64,000 nucleotides of DNA from Bauldia sp. (GTDB lineage: Bacteria; Pseudomonadota; Alphaproteobacteria; Rhizobiales; Kaistiaceae): contig DASRGK010000107.1 in the NCBI GenBank assembly GCA_035651055.1, positions 2,524 through 66,523 on the forward strand, read 5' to 3'. The notes beneath the pieces were generated by a model that did not search any database, was not told the origin of the DNA, and saw nothing but the letters and a program-made list of their open reading frames with translations. A program made the translations under genes and the position numbers. Positions 62,099 to 64,000 of the stretch are shown here, piece after piece. Within the stretch, counting starts at the first letter, position 1. Every line of letters begins with the position of its first letter.

Positions 62099-63667
62099 TC
62101 AGAAGGGGCGCGCCGCCTGGCGGTCGCCTTCCTCGTCGGGGGGCCCGGGATCGTCGGGCGGCCGGGTCGGCATGGTCAGGCCGGCGGCGGAAGCGGAGAG
62201 CGGCGGGCGCTCGGTCGCCGGCAGTTCGTTCCGCAGTGGCGCCAGCGGCGGCGCCGGCAGGACTTCGGCGTGGACCCCCGGAAGCGGCATGGCCGCGGGC
62301 GGCGGTTCCGGTTCGCCGGACGCGCCGGGTGCCGCCGCCCCGCCTGCCGCGCGCTCAAGTTCGATCGGCCGCCCGGCGCGCTCCTCGCGCTCGGGCTGGA
62401 CCGTCCAGGTGAAGGCACCGACCCTGCCGCTCAGCGGCGAGACCGGCGCCCACCGGTCGAATGCCTGCCCGTCGGCCACCCAGCGCGGATCGCGCGGTGC
62501 GGTGAGCGCCCGCGTCAGCCACGAGCGCACGCGCCCCTGATCCCCGTGCTCCTCTTCCTCGATCTCGGCCATCAGCAGGCAGATGCGCTCGCTCGGCTTC
62601 ACTTCGGCCGGGACCCGGAGCGCCGCCCGCGCCGCGCCAAAGTCGCGCGCGTCGATCGCCACCCGTGCCAGCGCGATCGCGCCTTCGACGCTGTCCGGCC
62701 TGAGGTCGAGGAGCCGGCGCATGCGCTTGAGCTTCTCCTTGGCGGTATCGCCCGTGCGCACGGCGGCGTAGGCCTCCGCCACCTCGGGATGCGGGGCGAT
62801 CTTCCATGTCGTTTCAAGGACGCGCGCCGCCCGCCGCGGTTCCCCGCGCCGCGCCAGGAGGCGCGCGGCGACGGTGGCCGCCGGCGCCAGGCCGGGGCTC
62901 AGCCGGTGCGCTTCGGTCGCCGCCGCTTCCGCCTCGGCGGGATCGCCGGCTTCGAGATCGTTCGCCCGCGCGGTGAGGAGCACGGCGCGGAGGCGCCTGG
63001 CTTCGTTCCTGTCGACCAGCCTGGCAGCGGCGTTCGCCGTCAGGGTGGCGAGCGCGCCCAGCCAGTAGCCGGAGCGAGCCTGGTACTCGAAGAGTGCGGT
63101 GCCGGCCCATCCGATCCGCGGCGCGGCGCGCATCGCCTCCTCGGCGAAATGCCGCGCCGCTTCGCTCTCGCCCTGCCTGGTCGCCTCGACGAAAAGACCG
63201 TGCAGGCCGAGGACGCGGGTATGGCGTCCCTCCGCCAGCGCCTCGAAGGCTATCCGCGCTTTTTCCCGGTCGCCGGCCAATTGTGCCGTCTGCGCGGCGA
63301 GGAGGAGCGTCAGCGGTTCGTCGCGAAGGAGCGCCGTCGCCTCGCCGGACGCGCGCTGCGCCAGACGGAGGTCGCCCGCCCCCACCGCTATCATTCCGGT
63401 CGAGAGCGCCCGGTAGCCGCGGTCGCGGCGCCGCGCGCCGAGATAGGCGCCGAATGTGCGCGGCGAGTTGAGCACGGCGCGGACGATCGCGCCGAGAAGC
63501 GCGAGAGCGCCGATGAGCGCAAGCAGCGCCACGGCAACGGTGAGGAGGCTCGCGCGGATCTCCTCGCCCTGCCAGGCGAGGGTGACCGTGCCGGGACGGT
63601 CGGCGAGCCACGCAGCCCCCGCCGCGATGAGGAAGATGACAATGAGGTAGAAGACGACGCGGACCAC
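62099..63667 (-). CDS. hemY: HemY-like inner-membrane protein (HemY_N + TPR) with Pro-rich C-terminal tail
   Basis: The GTG at 63667 gives VVRVVFYLIVIFLIAAGAAWLADRPGTVTLAWQGEEIRASLL (typical HemY N-terminus). TPR-like helices follow, and the last ~150 aa are Pro/Ala-rich. The track ORF start at 63769 overlaps the upstream gene. Confidence 0.8.
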   Translation of the reverse strand: MVRVVFYLIVIFLIAAGAAWLADRPGTVTLAWQGEEIRASLLTVAVALLALIGALALLGAIVRAVLNSPRTFGAYLGARRRDRGYRALSTGMIAVGAGDLRLAQRASGEATALLRDEPLTLLLAAQTAQLAGDREKARIAFEALAEGRHTRVLGLHGLFVEATRQGESEAARHFAEEAMRAAPRIGWAGTALFEYQARSGYWLGALATLTANAAARLVDRNEARRLRAVLLTARANDLEAGDPAEAEAAATEAHRLSPGLAPAATVAARLLARRGEPRRAARVLETTWKIAPHPEVAEAYAAVRTGDTAKEKLKRMRRLLDLRPDSVEGAIALARVAIDARDFGAARAALRVPAEVKPSERICLLMAEIEEEEHGDQGRVRSWLTRALTAPRDPRWVADGQAFDRWAPVSPLSGRVGAFTWTVQPEREERAGRPIELERAAGGAAAPGASGEPEPPPAAMPLPGVHAEVLPAPPLAPLRNELPATERPPLSASAAGLTMPTRPPDDPGPPDEEGDRQAARPF

Positions 63668-63678
63668 GCCCGGCACCC

Positions 63679-64000
63679 TCAGCCGCCGCCCGCCGGAGAG
63701 GCGACCGAAGCGGAAAGTTTCGCGATCACGCGGTCGATGGCGAGGCGCGTCTCCGCGGCATTCGCCCACGCGGCGGAGGCGGCCTTGCCGGCGTCGGGCA
63801 GCGCATCGCGCTCGCCGAGCGCGCCGGCAAGGTCGCCGCGTTCGACCTCGGCGACCATGCGCGAGACGATTGCTTCCGGCGTCGTGCCCTCGACCGGGGC
63901 GGTCGGCTTGACGCTGACCAGGCCGCGCGCAAATCCGGCGAGGCGGTCGAGGAGGCCCGAGCCGGCACCGGCCGGCCGGGTCGCCCGGAGGATGGCATCG
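63679..64000 (-). CDS. C-terminal part of a mitofilin/Mic60-like (COG4223, HemX-neighbour) membrane protein; N-terminus beyond the right edge
   Basis: The reverse frame reads ...LLDRLAGFARGLVSVKPTAPVEGTTPEAIVSRMVAEVERGDLAGALGERDALPDAGKAASAAWANAAETRLAIDRVIAKL and stops at 63679-63681. The position immediately upstream of hemY matches the alphaproteobacterial Mic60-hemY synteny I recall. Confidence 0.5.
   Translation of the reverse strand, partial: DAILRATRPAGAGSGLLDRLAGFARGLVSVKPTAPVEGTTPEAIVSRMVAEVERGDLAGALGERDALPDAGKAASAAWANAAETRLAIDRVIAKLSASVASPAGGG

Noticed and set aside
1-64000. Search for CRISPR arrays, insertion sequences, integrases, prophage genes, toxin-antitoxin or known defence-system genes, and rRNA
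   Set aside because: I found no direct-repeat/spacer arrays, no transposase/integrase/recombinase-like translations, no terminal inverted repeats flanking blocks and no rRNA-like sequence. The only recurrent sequences are the short palindromic or AT-rich motifs reported above.

Overview
This is a densely coding, visibly GC-rich segment that looks alphaproteobacterial (Rhizobiales-like). That placement rests on gene content, twin-arginine signal peptides and codon style only. No database search was possible, so all product names are family-level calls from motifs read by eye, and many start codons are re-picked inside longer track ORFs.

The window is dominated by carbohydrate uptake and catabolism:
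- Seven binding-protein-dependent ABC sugar importers: four ribose-type (CUT2) systems and three CUT1 systems that lack their own ATPase gene.
- GH127 beta-L-arabinofuranosidase and GH51 alpha-L-arabinofuranosidase.
- An IlvD/Edd dehydratase, a xylulokinase, an aldo-keto reductase (AKR), a zinc alcohol dehydrogenase (Zn-ADH), and a Gfo/Idh/MocA plus TIM-barrel pair.
- Six sugar-type regulators: three LacI, one SorC, one tandem-wHTH GntR, and one ArsR-wHTH fusion.

Four non-sugar modules are the most interesting:
1. 27.7-30.7 kb: a translationally coupled trio. It comprises an FMN-binding protein carrying an SGAT flavinylation motif, a short ApbE with no signal peptide, and an RnfD-like membrane domain fused to an FNR-type reductase. 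It abuts a PepSY/OmpR-type two-component operon.
2. 33.2-37.5 kb: a PhnD-like periplasmic binding protein, a histidine kinase and a sigma54 enhancer-binding protein. Next to them a near-consensus -24/-12 promoter drives a small secreted Sel1-repeat protein.
3. 3.5-8.4 kb: a fused E1 alpha-beta thiamine-dependent dehydrogenase, divergent from a stand-alone lipoyl carrier, an alpha/beta hydrolase (a split AcoC layout) and a PLP D-Ser-dehydratase-like enzyme.
4. The right edge: tRNA-Thr(CGU), HemY-like and a partial mitofilin/Mic60-like gene.

Several recurrent palindromes and shared motifs link distant operons into candidate regulons. Every one of the seven sugar-binding-protein genes is followed by a GC-rich hairpin.

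I saw no CRISPR array, transposase, integrase or rRNA.
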